Positions 36,493 through 49,100 of a stretch of DNA of 64,000 nucleotides are shown here, one piece after another (position 1 is the stretch's first letter; each line of letters starts with the position of its first letter). The notes beneath the pieces are model-generated. The model worked only from the letters and a program-made list of their open reading frames with translations. It made no database searches and was not told the DNA's origin. This stretch comes from Rhizodiscina lignyota (taxonomy: Eukaryota), in assembly GCA_010015805.1 (NCBI GenBank), contig ML978128.1, positions 124,001 through 188,000 of the forward strand. Direction: 5' to 3'. The translations under genes were made by a program, and so were the position numbers.

Positions 36493-39400
36493 ATGGACGC
36501 GACAAGTCCTACTCAGCCGCCAGTAAAGCGGCAGAGAAAGTCAGAAGGATCATCTTCGACTAACTTCTTCAAGGCAACGATGAATCGATTTCTCACGAAG
36601 AAGCGGGCCAAGAAGGCTCCTGAAGTCCCAAAGCCCGAACTCGACCTCACGGCTGTCTTACCTCCCTCTGACAATTTCAGAACGAGCTTGCTCATGCCTT
36701 CTCTTTCGACGAGATTCTCCATGCTTCGAGAACAAGACGATCCAAGCTCAAAGCTTGGCAAGGCCAGTGATGACAGCGTCCTCACGCCGAACCGAAGATC
36801 GCGACTGTACGACTTTGGATACAGTCCATCCGGCCTGACAGATATTGCCGAGGTCGCTTCCATCAATGGTTCTGTCAAGCCGTTCGTATCAGGACGGAGG
36901 CAAGATTCTTTTGCATCAGCGGATGGTTATGGTTCGGACAATGAGTCAATGAGGTCCGGCAGCATGATGACCAGATCGAGACCAGGTGAAGGCAATGTCC
37001 TTTTTGGTGGACGTCAGAAGATATACAAGATCGCAGTTGGCGGCCAAAGCGAAAAGAGCCTTGGAAGCTCATCCACTGGTAGTGGAATGGGAGGAAGAGC
37101 AGTCTACGAAGATGATGTGAACCTCTCTGCCTTTCAGAAGTATAAGCAGGCGGAGCGCGAGAAACAGCTCATCGAAGCTGCTGCTCACTTTGATTTTGGC
37201 ATTCAGGCAGAGCCGGAGCCGGAACCAGAACCAGAGGTGGAATTGGCGCAAGAACAGGAACAGGAGCAGGAGAGTCTCGCGAAGGGACCTTCTACATCCC
37301 CCTCCTTCTCAAATTACAACAACAGGCGCGAGACAACTTCATCCACCACATCAGGACAGAACACACGAACCTCGACAGCCGCGACATCAGTAAACTCACA
37401 AGGAGCCAACGCAGTAGCTGCCTCCCCCGCTCTTACCAGTCCCACCGTAGGACCAACTACCAACCTGGACCGATCTGGGACCAAGAGCAAACGACTATAC
37501 GACCATGGCCTAGATAAAGACATTCAAGACCAGCACTCAACAACACTGAATCGCTTGAATTCAATCCAAAAGGGCCGCGGTATCGGCATGCCATACATAT
37601 CCCAGCCTAAGAGTGCTCCAAATCTGCTAGACCGGTATCAACGAGGCAATCCATTGAGCCGTACTGTCAGTCCTATCTCACCTGCATTATCAACAATTCC
37701 ATCCGACGTTCGAGACTACGCGTCACCTGAAGACTCGCCCCGGACTCTACCAGATTCAAGGCCAATTAGTCCCTTGGGTAGTGATTTTGAGGATAATACA
37801 ATCCTCTCCGCCTCCATTGATCCCCGGGACCGTGGCAAGGCAACTGCCCTTGGAGTGTTCAACAAGCCAACCAAATTTGATCAGTCCGAGTACTTGCAGA
37901 GGCAAAAACAAATGGAGCCGGGAAGGTCGACGCCGACTCTGACCAGGGAACCGTCGAAACCCACAAAGCCCACAGGCTTCGCGTTTTCTAAACCGGATAG
38001 TGTGAACCCTGAGTTGGCTCGCTCAAGATCTCCAACAAACTCGAGTCAGAAGTCTGAGCATACTGCTTTCTCACTCTTCCAGAATGCTGCAAATCAGATG
38101 AAGATGAAATCAGATGCACGTCCAGATCCCCGACCTCTTTCGCCAGATGCTGGAAAGACCTTTCTCACATCACCTGGAGCAAGTGAGATAGAGTTTGAGC
38201 CGTCAATATTTGCGCCATCACTGACGCCATATGGCCAAGGCACCCGTGTCGTCAAGAAGGCCGACATTCCCAAGGCTAGACTTATGGCTGAACCTCCCCG
38301 CAATGACCATCCTGCATTCCGACCAAACAGTCCTTTCGAGCGTATCGATCGGCCCGAGGAACCACAGCAGACTCCAAATGCGCCCATGCCACAGCGCAGC
38401 AATTACGATGACATCCTCCCATCTGATGACTTACATACGATGACGGCGCATGAACCAAAGGATGTCTCTCCGCCTCCTGCTACTGGCGCAGGTTTGAGCG
38501 GCCTTGTCAGACAACATCTTCGTCACGGCAGTGACAAGTCCTCGATATACGACTTCCCTTCTCAGCCGCCCCCATTGCGCATGAACAATAGCAATCTGCC
38601 TACTTACAGCTATGGTCAAGGTGCGCCGCTGGGTGTGCCGTTGCCTAGCCAGACGCCCGAACATACCAGCCTAACAGCATCCAATCCGTGGGATCTTGAT
38701 GACTTTGACGGCGCTCATTACCAGGAGCCAGACAGCCGAAGTTCCGTCAGCCCAATGGATTCGGATCAATTGAATGACGAAGGCTCAACGCCTAAGGCGG
38801 AATTTGATGGGCTCGATACTACGCCTGAGGCAGTCGATGTTCCGTGGCAACGTGAACTGAAGGCGCAGCATGCAAGAGGCGCAAGCACCGAGACGACGGC
38901 TGAGCGAGAGGCTTTGGCAAACGAGCTAGAGGCACGCAGACGGGCAATCCAAGAGAAGCTGAAGAACAAGGCTGAGAGTGAAATGAGGTCATCGAGCCCG
39001 ACTCCACCCAAAGCTGGTGGTCTGAAAGCAATGAACATCCTCAAATCGAAATCTAGCCGTGATTCGATGGTAGATCGGACTGAGCCGCCGCAGTCAAAGG
39101 CGAAGAAAATGCTAGGTCTTGGAGGCTCCTCAACCAACCTGGTCGGTCTCACTGGTCCTGGTAGGCGCTCAGAAGAAGAGAAGGCTCGCCACGCGGCAAA
39201 GTATGGTGTGCCCATTCCACCAGACCCTGAAGACGGCACCTCGGTGTACGACACCCGATCTCGCGAACCCTCGAGAGAGAGGAGCAAAGATATCCCAAGG
39301 AGCGCTAAAGGCAGGTCTCCGCCCGCTTCATCGCGCAGCTCCGGTATGCGTAATAGGTCGGACTCGGAAGCTTCTGGCGGACGCTCTCGAAGCCGAAGTG

Positions 39401-40353
39401 GCAGATATAAGGACGATCTCGAGAAGGCCATGGTTGAGGGAACATCGAGTCGCACGACTTCAATGTACCCCGACGCCTACTCTACGCCAGACCTGCTCGA
39501 GCAGCATCCTCTTCCACCCCCACTCCCTCAGCTTCAATCACCTCAGCCTTCTCCTCGTCTCCGCAGCAACAGCAAGTCAAACTCCCCAGCAATTGGAACT
39601 GGGCAGTGGGACCAGAGCCAACTCCATCCTGCTATGCGGACCAATGTTTCCGCAGCGCCGTCTCCCAAACTTCCTCAGGGGATGGGAATCCACGCTTTGA
39701 ACACTGCTTCGTCGCCGAACCTCTCTCGTCCATCTCCTAGCCCTCTTCAGCCATCAAACACCTTCCCAGGATTGGCCGGTCCTTCCCCCAACTTCCAACA
39801 GAGTTCGTTCGCGGCAAACATGACGCCGCCAATCTCTGGATCTTCCACGCCAGTCTATCCGACATTCCCTGTGCAACAGACACAGACAACAGGTTCTCTT
39901 CGCACAACTACGCGCAAGCGCTCGATTCAGAAGTCGGAGATCTCGGAACCCACACTTATCTCGACCACCTCTGTCGTCGACACCGTCAATCTCCCGCCAG
40001 GTGCCAGCCTCAAGAATGGCCTCGATGAAGCCGCCCCGCCCGTTCCGCCAATTAATCCCCGTCGCCGCATGTTCGGTTTTGGCCGGTCTGGGGAGAACTC
40101 TCCAAACACGCAGACTCCACTATCGAACAGCCCACCACGAGAGGCAGGAGCAGGTAGCGTGTTTGAGGAAGACGACTTTGAGCGGAGCCGTAGTCGCTAC
40201 CGACTGAGAAAGACTCCAAGCAATGGCAATAGCTTGGCCGAGAAGGCTAGGCGCGATAGGGAGATCGAAATGTTGGGCGGCGCTGGTGGCCCGCAAGTCC
40301 TACATCAGCCGGTCGGCAGCCCGCCTATCGTGATGGAAGGTGGCATGTTCTAA
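36493..40353 (+). CDS. Large Ser/Pro-rich hypothetical protein (about 1290 aa)
   Basis: 3.9-kb open frame with motif-like blocks FRTSLLMPSLSTRFSMLREQDDP, RSRPGEGNVLFGGRQKIY, ISEPTLIS. Start is either 36493 or 36580 (MNRF). Confidence 0.8.
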   Translation: MDATSPTQPPVKRQRKSEGSSSTNFFKATMNRFLTKKRAKKAPEVPKPELDLTAVLPPSDNFRTSLLMPSLSTRFSMLREQDDPSSKLGKASDDSVLTPNRRSRLYDFGYSPSGLTDIAEVASINGSVKPFVSGRRQDSFASADGYGSDNESMRSGSMMTRSRPGEGNVLFGGRQKIYKIAVGGQSEKSLGSSSTGSGMGGRAVYEDDVNLSAFQKYKQAEREKQLIEAAAHFDFGIQAEPEPEPEPEVELAQEQEQEQESLAKGPSTSPSFSNYNNRRETTSSTTSGQNTRTSTAATSVNSQGANAVAASPALTSPTVGPTTNLDRSGTKSKRLYDHGLDKDIQDQHSTTLNRLNSIQKGRGIGMPYISQPKSAPNLLDRYQRGNPLSRTVSPISPALSTIPSDVRDYASPEDSPRTLPDSRPISPLGSDFEDNTILSASIDPRDRGKATALGVFNKPTKFDQSEYLQRQKQMEPGRSTPTLTREPSKPTKPTGFAFSKPDSVNPELARSRSPTNSSQKSEHTAFSLFQNAANQMKMKSDARPDPRPLSPDAGKTFLTSPGASEIEFEPSIFAPSLTPYGQGTRVVKKADIPKARLMAEPPRNDHPAFRPNSPFERIDRPEEPQQTPNAPMPQRSNYDDILPSDDLHTMTAHEPKDVSPPPATGAGLSGLVRQHLRHGSDKSSIYDFPSQPPPLRMNNSNLPTYSYGQGAPLGVPLPSQTPEHTSLTASNPWDLDDFDGAHYQEPDSRSSVSPMDSDQLNDEGSTPKAEFDGLDTTPEAVDVPWQRELKAQHARGASTETTAEREALANELEARRRAIQEKLKNKAESEMRSSSPTPPKAGGLKAMNILKSKSSRDSMVDRTEPPQSKAKKMLGLGGSSTNLVGLTGPGRRSEEEKARHAAKYGVPIPPDPEDGTSVYDTRSREPSRERSKDIPRSAKGRSPPASSRSSGMRNRSDSEASGGRSRSRSGRYKDDLEKAMVEGTSSRTTSMYPDAYSTPDLLEQHPLPPPLPQLQSPQPSPRLRSNSKSNSPAIGTGQWDQSQLHPAMRTNVSAAPSPKLPQGMGIHALNTASSPNLSRPSPSPLQPSNTFPGLAGPSPNFQQSSFAANMTPPISGSSTPVYPTFPVQQTQTTGSLRTTTRKRSIQKSEISEPTLISTTSVVDTVNLPPGASLKNGLDEAAPPVPPINPRRRMFGFGRSGENSPNTQTPLSNSPPREAGAGSVFEEDDFERSRSRYRLRKTPSNGNSLAEKARRDREIEMLGGAGGPQVLHQPVGSPPIVMEGGMF

Positions 40354-42302
40354 CCAGACACTGCTCCATCAACATACATGCAGTCACTTTCGATCTTTTT
40401 TTGACCTGGTTATTCTGGCCTGACCGTTCGATACCAACAACGCCCGTAATCTTGCTGCATTCCGTTCTACTTCTTTCAAGCTTCGAGCTGTACATACCGT
40501 TTCGTCCCTTTCACTTGGTGTTCTGGGGATAACGGACGGTATGGGTGGCTACACTGGATGGACAAAAATGTCGAGCGATCGATTGTTGTCTTTCTTCTCA
40601 CTTCTTCTTCGATAAACGCCTTCCCACGGCGCAGTTATAGTTTTTGCTTAAGGAGCTCACTTTTGAGCTTTCGCCTTTTTAAATATGCGGATGGAACACA
40701 TGAAGGTGGCGGCTGGGTCGCCAGAGATGGAATGGATCTGGAAATGGCAAAGGGCTATGTCTTTTTGCAACGGCCGTGGGATCTTTTCTTCAGTTCTGTC
40801 TTACTAACGTCTGGCTCGGAGGTGGAATAGCTGGCTTCTGGCTTGTAAGATCAAATCGAATAGTAAACGAAATGATAACTGTGTACTCTACATTGCTGGC
40901 CTATGAGGAGCGCGGAGAAGCTCTTAGCATGTGCGTGCAGTGAGCCGCAGAAACTGTTTCACAACCTTCGGAACGTGTTTCGCAGAATGGAGATGTAGTC
41001 CACAGAACACTTTTCCTTTCACGGCGCAGTGATCGGCCGTCATATTCTTCTACAATCACCGTAAGACCTCATCCTTGACTTTGTCCAGCGCCTATCGAGA
41101 ATCACCATTATCCTTATTTAGCTCCCAACAAAAGCGTTTCTGCCTTATCAAGTGTTCCTCCTCTGCCCTACCCATATGAAACTTCCAAACTGCAGAATCG
41201 GTGCTTCATCTCATGCAGCCAGCAGCAGGCGATGACGAACATTGATTCCGGCAGATCTCCTCGCACAGACTTTCAGGCCCCTTGTGCCTCCACGTTTCGT
41301 TGGCAAGTTGCCCACGAGCCACCTGTTCATCGCGCTCACAGTGAACCCCACAGGTGGAAACGCACAGAAGACGGGTGTCGCCGTTGCACAGCTAAAATCA
41401 AGTCCAGTTAGCATCGCTGGAACCATCTCGCAATTTATTGGGTGCAATTTCACTTATTCGAGAACGGCCAAGGGGAAAAAAATTCAATAAAGTCGAGCAA
41501 CAACGCTCCCCTGTCCCCTATCTGTGCCTGAGCCCAACCGTCCATCCAATTAAACCCTCTACACCCAATATATCAACTCCTCACCTTCCCCCTTGCGGCA
41601 CTAGCCCAGCCGCCTTTCCCAATTCCTGCTCGAGCCCTCGTCTGGGGAACGAACGTTCGGCGCTGACACAGGGGCCAGCTTCGACGTCTCCCGCCCATCG
41701 TCACGTCGCACGAAGCAATCCACCACGCTTGTGTGGAGCGGTGAGGTTGCTCGTCACATTTCCACCTGTCAGCCGCTGGAGCGCGCTGGATGGGACGCCA
41801 ATTGGCACGTTTGGATGAAGCGAGCCATGGCATCGGCGTGCGTGGGCTGGACCGTGGGCGATGAGTTTGGTGGACTGATGGGACCTTTGTGGTGACGCGA
41901 CGAAGACGGGAGCTGATGTTTGTCGTGTCGTGGAGGGCTGGATGGCAGGAGTGAGATGGGTATTTTAATTGCTTGCTCGTCTCTACGTCTTTTGCGCGCG
42001 GTTTGCGTTACATCTCTTTTATTGAGCTTATGTCTTGGTTGATGAGACCTGGTGAATCAAGTCAAGAATTGTTGAAGCTTCGTTCTACTATCCAATTGGT
42101 GTCTTCATTATTCTAGTCAAGCACTTTCCTGTGTCATCCATCTCAGCTCCACGATAGGCCATCTCGCAACACAAGCGTATCACTGAAGCTATTGTCCCGA
42201 CTCTGTTCGAACGATATTCCCTCCGGTTTACAAAGTGTTACATGTACAATATCACCACTGTCCATCCTCAGCTTGGCATTTGAGCCTCCACAATTAAGGA
42301 CA

Positions 42303-42970
42303 ATGAAGTTCACATTGATCGTCGTCTCGTTGGCCGTTGTCGGCTCTGGCGTCAAGGCATTGGATATCGAAGGACTGCCAGACTGTTCTGTACGTCTGAT
42401 ATCACTCCACTGTGGCTCTTATTCCCCTGCCTCTCCTTTCTCTTGACTGCTGTATTCATATTGAGGACGTCCAAGCGCTAAGACACCACCTTCCTCCAGC
42501 TCACCTGTCTATCAGCTGCCATCCAGGGCAGTGGCTGCACCCTCCAAGATACCCTATGCCAGTGCACGACTGGCAACAAGAACATCACGGAGAAATCAGT
42601 GCCTTGCATTGAAAGTAAATGCGATCCTGCTGATCAAAAAAGTATGTCCTCTTGCATGAACCATTTCTCCAGATCATAACGATCAACCTACCAATTTCAC
42701 TACGAGAGGCCCTTCCTCCTAATCCATGCTTGTGCAACAATACAACCTGGAATCTTTCTGACTGCATCAACAGGCGCCGCCATAGCCGCAACTTCAATCT
42801 GTCGGGCAGCGATCGCGTCTGCTTCCTCTGCAGCTCATACGGCTACCGGCTCATCTACCACCACAGATGCAAGTGCTGCTGCGCACTCCACCGGTGGTGC
42901 CGTCCCCACGCGAGTGCATGGCTACGCTGGTGCACTTGGCGTTGTCGCAGTTGGCATGCTAGCGCTGTAG
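42303..42970 (+). CDS. Secreted, GPI-anchored CFEM-domain protein, 3 exons
   Basis: Signal peptide MKFTLIVVSLAVVGSGVKA. Eight Cys after splicing: PDCS|LTC...SGC...DTLCQC...PCIESKC...|ATSIC. Ser/Thr/Ala linker and hydrophobic end GALGVVAVGMLAL*. Confidence 0.85.
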
Positions 42971-43251
42971 AGACGAACGCAGACCGGCTGAGGGGAAGCA
43001 AGACGATGGAAATGAAAGTCAAAACAGTTGACCTCCCTGGCGTATTTGAAGATAAGTGTCTGACTATTGGAGTATTCGAAAATGGCGTTGGTGCAGGCTT
43101 CACAAGGCACCTTTTGGTACTGGGGGCGCATTGTCTTCTCGACGACCATATCATCTCCTACGGGCTGTGGGCGCTCATGGCGTCCCATAGGCTGCTTAAC
43201 TCTTGTAATCGAGTTCTCAATCTGTTTCCAATCGAGAAACTGTTTGATTTA

Positions 43252-44370
43252 TCATCCGCTGCGCAACAGTGGAATCCACTTGTCCACCCAATCTGCGAAT
43301 GCGCGATCCTGGCCTGGTTCAGGACTGTCATCCCAACCATTCTTAACTAGCACAACAGCGTTGATAGCGGAATCGCAGCACTTTTGCAATTGGACCACAG
43401 CGCCTTTCTCGTCCAATTCATAGAATTTTCCTGCGAGCTCATCGACATCTTCCGGAATTCGTTTCAGCAGGTCCATAACCTCATCGAGCTTCTTCACTCC
43501 CGCCTGGGCCTTTACAGTTTCGTCTGTTTGTCCATTGGGTCTCCCCACATCCTCAAATGGAAATGTCTTGAGCCTTCTCTTTCCCAAAGCCTTATACCCC
43601 ATCTCCACCAGCTTTAACTTCTTCACTGCCCCCTCCACTTGCGCCCTGAGTTCCGGCTTGTTCGTTGGACATTTGCTCGGCCCAAACTGCACGTCACTAT
43701 CCTGGTCACTGACCTCTTCATCATCATATCCCTCATCCTCCTCTTCCGCCCACTCTTTGAGCTCATCAATAGCATCTCGTAGCAAACTGCGATACTCTTC
43801 CGCCTTCTTGATAACTATATCCGCGGGCGAGGTAGCAGATATAGTGACGAGTGCGTCACAAGTAGACCACACCTGCCCCGTTGAAGCCAGCGTGCTGTCA
43901 CTCTGCTTCTGTGTGCGCGCAGCATCCTCGCCCTTGGCGACGCGCTCGATGTCCTTGACCAGTTCGCCCACCGCGCCGAGAACGGCGTTGACCTTGCTCT
44001 TGACGTGCTTCTCCACACAACTTCCCCAGCAAACCCCACTGGGCGTATTGAGCAGTTCGATGGCACCCATCATGGCGGGGAGACATGTTCCGGTAATCTC
44101 GCTTAGGACCTTTACGACGGCAGAAGGTGTGAACGGCTTGTTGAGAAGGAGGAGACCGAGTTTGGTTGTGTGAGCCTTGAGGAGTTTGGCGGCATCTGCA
44201 AGGACGGAGAGCGGGTTCGGAGGAGATGTAGAAGAAGATTCGGGACTTTGTGATTGCGAGGCTGTGGAAGCAGACGAGTTTAAGAGGAGAGATTGGAAGC
44301 GAGCGAGAAGGTGGTGCGTCGACTCCAGGAGCGCTGGAAGTGCGGACGATGTTGGCGCTGGAGGAGGCAT
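43252..44370 (-). CDS. GCIP/CCNDBP1-like (Grap2 and cyclin-D-interacting) protein
   Basis: AHTTKLGLL...PFTPSA, TGQVWSTCD, LRDAIDELKEW followed by an acidic stretch, VDELAGKFY. Confidence 0.65.
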   Translation of the reverse strand: MPPPAPTSSALPALLESTHHLLARFQSLLLNSSASTASQSQSPESSSTSPPNPLSVLADAAKLLKAHTTKLGLLLLNKPFTPSAVVKVLSEITGTCLPAMMGAIELLNTPSGVCWGSCVEKHVKSKVNAVLGAVGELVKDIERVAKGEDAARTQKQSDSTLASTGQVWSTCDALVTISATSPADIVIKKAEEYRSLLRDAIDELKEWAEEEDEGYDDEEVSDQDSDVQFGPSKCPTNKPELRAQVEGAVKKLKLVEMGYKALGKRRLKTFPFEDVGRPNGQTDETVKAQAGVKKLDEVMDLLKRIPEDVDELAGKFYELDEKGAVVQLQKCCDSAINAVVLVKNGWDDSPEPGQDRAFADWVDKWIPLLRSG

Positions 44371-44723
44371 GTCGCAGAGCACTGTGATAGATATTCCGGG
44401 TATGTGCCTTATGTGAAGTTCAACCGCTGACCAAGAACGACCGGGCAGTCGAATATGAGCTCGGGCTTGATGGCCGAATATGACGCTGATTTGGATGGAA
44501 AAAAGTTTCAGGACAGGCAGTTTTTCGCGAGAAATGCGGCCGGTTGGAGTTGCCCCAATCCCCTTCCGACTTCAGCTCCTCCACCACTAAAGCTGGCTAC
44601 CCACTACCATCGCTCTTGTGGCCACTCTCCACAATTCAAACACACAATGTGTTTCCATCAAGCTTATCAGCATATCGATCTTTTGCTATATGTTTCTTTA
44701 TTCCGTCGGAAGTTCCTCCCAAC

Positions 44724-46045
44724 ATGACCGAGTGCAGGCGCAAGTCGCGATTTGGCTGTCGAAATTGCAAACTGAGGAAATTGAAGGTAAGTTAAACTAT
44801 TCTCCGCCTACTACCGATTGTTATAGAGCTAAGTATAGAACCCTTAACTTTATAGTGTGACGAGACAAGACCACATTGCACAAGATGCCGTACTTACGGA
44901 GTCCTATGCAATTTCGATTTTAATGTACCCGATCTCCAGCCGCTCTCTGAGGAACGAGCAAAGCAAGAAATAGTAAGGCGGTCTGGGTTGACATCGCCTC
45001 GGTCGAGTATCAGCAATGCCATATGGGCGGATAATGGGTGGACATTTTTCATGCTAGATCTGCAAGATCAAGAGCTTTTTAACCGGTTTCGACACCGCAC
45101 CGTATACTCCCTTGGTGGCTCTGAAATGGTAGACTGCTATGAAAATCATATGCTACGGCTCGCTTTCACCGTGAGTATAATGAGCCCGGATATGCGGACT
45201 GCTTCAAAATTACACTCAAGACAACTTTTAACTAACTGATGCTCTAGTGTCCATTCCTGATGCATGGTTCACTGGCGGTGGCAGCTGTCCATGATCGCTA
45301 TCTTGGCCTAACGCCAACCAATCGTCGCTCATTTCGGGAGTCCTATCACTGGTCTCAATGCACAATTTTGTTCAACAAGTGGTTGAGCCATCCTATCGAG
45401 GAAAAATACAAGGATCCCCTCTGGGCTACGGCTGGTAGCCTTGGTATCTTGACCTTCTCGTCCATCAATGTTCGTTCTCCAGAGGAAGCATGGCCTCTCG
45501 GGCCAGCCGACTCCTCCGACCTGGAGTGGCTACGACTAGGGGTTGGCAAGATGAAACTGTGGCATCTGGTGAATCCTTTGCGGCCAGGAAGTGTATTCCG
45601 TATCATGTCGGAGAGCTTCGCATATATGCATACACCTTTACCTACTAAAGGCACCGATGGAGTATCGGCAGAATTAGTACAACTGTGCGGGCTCGACGAG
45701 TCATCGACGCGAGAGAATAACCCATACTTCTCTGTTGTACATGCTATTTCTTGGCTTTTGGAGGCACCGAAAGGCGAAGTTTCGCAAGGAAGAATCATGA
45801 TGGTCTCAAACCACATGCATGATGAGTTTGGAACGTATTTGGAGAAGAAGGACCCGGTAGCCCTTCTGTTGTTATGCTTGTGGTACACCAGAGCCCGTGA
45901 AGCTAAATGGTGGATTGAGTTTCGCGCCAGACATGAACTTCCCGCGATTTGCACATATTTGCATCGATATCACAAGGACAACAGCGCCATTCAGGCACTT
46001 ATACCTTGGGTTAGCCTTCATGAACAGCAAAAGTCGATAGCATGA
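44724..46045 (+). CDS. Zn(II)2Cys6 transcription factor (Upc2-like architecture), 3 exons
   Basis: RKSRFGCRNCKLRKLK|CDETRPHCTRCRTYGVLC; CPFLMHGSLAVAAVH; DPVALLLLCLWY. Confidence 0.85.
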
Positions 46046-46108
46046 TTGGAAGATACGTTTCTCATATTATTGTGTTATATGTACAAAATGTTATTAAATA
46101 ATTACGGA

Positions 46109-49100
46109 TTATATGGCGATCAGGATTCCCAGCAACCCGAGCACCGCACCCGGCCATCTAACCGCCTTCACGTCTGCGGCGGCCTGTGAACTGGTTGGCG
46201 CCGCCAGGCTTTCCGATGCACTCGGGCTAGTCCTAGCCGCGGTATGGCTTGAGGTGCTCGTAGCTTCGAAGTTGCCATTCGCTATACCGCTCATGATCAA
46301 ACTGGCGATCACGTCTCCATCAGCTGCGTCCGTGGCATGGGGCAGTGAAAAAGTCTGCCCATCGACAACGATGATGCCATGGCCGTTGGAAATAGTCTGG
46401 CCATTTATGATCGTAGACGCGCCAGGTGTGATCGTCCGGCTGCCGATAATGAGGTCGCCCGCCGCGTCTGTGCTGATTTGGCCTGCTTCTAAATCGGAAT
46501 TGAGAACTGAAGCAAGAGCAGGGACAGGGACTATCCGTCCATCTACCAAGACTTTCCCTCCTTGCCCAACAGTTACGGTATGGCCTGCAATCACTGTTCT
46601 CTCTCCAGGCGTGAGAGTTTCGCTGCCGCCGATGACTATATCTCCAGCTGAGTCCGTACTGATTGCGCCCACGAGGGAATCTGCGCTTAGAACAGATGCC
46701 AACGTGGGAATGGGTACTGCTGTTCCGTCAAGAGAGACTTGTCCGTGGCTTCCCAGAGCAACAGTGTGGCCTTCAAAAACGGTCGACTGTCCTGGAGTCA
46801 AAGTCGCGCTATCGCCTAATACCAAATTTCCATTGCCGTTCGTTGTAACTAGGCCTATGCCAGCGCCAGCACCGAGTACTGACGCAAGAGACGAGCCAAA
46901 GAACTGAGCGACATTTGACCCTGTGGTTTGAATGGTCTTTCCTGCCGAAGGAACAGCGAAGGTATTGCTCCCGATGACAACAGAACTTCCATCACTTCCA
47001 ACCGAGATGCCAACGCCGTTGATCGTCGTCTTTTGGCCTTCGCTAACTGTCGTTCCGCCGATAACGACACCGTTCGAAGTTGCTACTACCGGATTTGTCC
47101 CGACAAGTGGCACAGCAGCCGTGATCGGAGCTGGGGTGGTCGCTGGAGGAACTTGTACCGTGTTCCCGTTAATAACCACTGCGGGACTCCCTCCATTCCT
47201 TGCCGCGGATATTGTTGTGGAGCCAACAGTTATCTGCTGCCCAGGAGATACGGTTTGCGAGCCTACCAGGACACCACCGCTAGCTGGCCCGCTAGTAATG
47301 GCGACCACGGGCTGGGCGCCGAGCGTGATCGCGCCAGAACCGTTGCCCTGGCCTTGATTCCCGGATCCAGAGTTTGAGTTCGACCCAGAGTTTGCGTTCG
47401 ACCCAGAGTTTGCGTTCGACCCAGAGTTTGCGTTCGACCCAGAGTTTGCGTTCGACCCAGAGTTTGCGTTCGATCCGGAGTTTCCACTCGACCCTGAGTT
47501 CGCGTTCGACCCAGAGTTTCCGCTCGAACCAGAGTTTGAGCCGCCTTGTGTGCCAGTGTTTGATCCTCCCTGCGAGTTAGAACCGCTTGAGGGAAGCGCG
47601 ACTGTAGATGTGCCCCCATTCCCTGCAACGACCAGAGAAGAGGAACCTGCGGAGATTGTTGTAGCCGCAGTGCCACTCCCAACAACGATTGGGCTTCCAC
47701 CTGCGGAAGCGGTTTGCGATCCAACAGCCACACCTCCTCCGCTGACTTGGGAAACCGTAATTCCACCTACTGATGTGATGGTAGATGGGTTTCCGTTTCC
47801 GCTGGCGCCACCACCATTTGAGTTCGAGCCAGAGTCCCCTGAGCTGCCCGAGTTGCCCGATGAGCCACTTCCGCTGCCTGAATCTCCATTCCCTCCGGAG
47901 TTCCCAGAAGACCCGGACTCGCCATTACCGGAATCGCCAGATGATCCAGATGATCCAGAATTGCCATTCCCACTCCCTGAGTTTCCACTGTCTCCAGAGC
48001 TACCAGAAGATCCGGAATCGCCATTGCCCGAGTTGCCAGACGAGCCAGATGATCCAGATCCACTATTGCCGTTTCCGCTACCCGTGACTCCACTAGCTCC
48101 AGAGACGCTGGACGAGCCAGATCCCCCACTGCCGCCTCCATTATTCGATCCCGAGCCAGGACTGCTCCCTGAACCACCATTGTTTGACCCAGATCCACCA
48201 CTATCACCGGAGCTTCCCGCGCCCGAACCTCCGTTACCATTGGCAGCAGAACTCGAAACGGGGGGAGGGGTAGTGGTGGAGTGCCCGGGGTTTCCGCCGT
48301 CTGCCCCAGCAGGTTGTGTGGATGGTGTCGAGGAGTGTCCAGGTTTCCCGGTATCCTGCCCAGAAGGTGAAGTAGGCTTTGTCGACGGTGCTTGTCCAGC
48401 GCCACTGCTGCTTTCCGGCTCCGCAGGAGGTATGGTACTACTTTGAGACTGCGTAGGGGCCAAGAGCGCGCCGACACTACCAAGCGCCGTAGGTGGGTCT
48501 AGGAGAGAAGAATTTAATTAGCACAGCTCTGGGCGTGACGTTTGTACCATAGGATAACATACCGACCGCGCCCTGCAGACCAGTTACGCAAGTGCTGAAA
48601 TCAAACGCGTTCGTAATCTCAGTTGGATACGCAAAACGCGGGATGCATGGGTCGGCGCCAGTCAGTGGGGTAGTGCGATTCGGATTGTTGCAGCCGTTGA
48701 AGTGCCGAAAGTCGAAAGATTCTGAAATCGTCGTAATGCCACCTGGACCTCCTGCTTCAAGCACCAGGGTCGATACGTCAGTGGGTTGAACGGGGAGGAT
48801 CACGGTGCGGTCTGGCCCTGATGAGCACAGGTCAAACTTTGCAATGTTCGTATATTGGAAGTAGACTGTGGGTGAGCGACTGCAGCAGAATCACTGAGTT
48901 AGTTGAAATGATCGATATCATAACATTTGCTGGTTGTCGAAGAATTGAGGGACGCCGAGAGCTTACTATGTCGTGCCATTCAAAGCCACGGCTGTCACAT
49001 TTGGCTGAGGATTCGGAGTCTGCATAAAGGTTAGCGAGATCATCCAGCAGGACGGGAAAGAGGTTCGAACCGGCCAATAAAGAACCCTCACGTTATCTGC

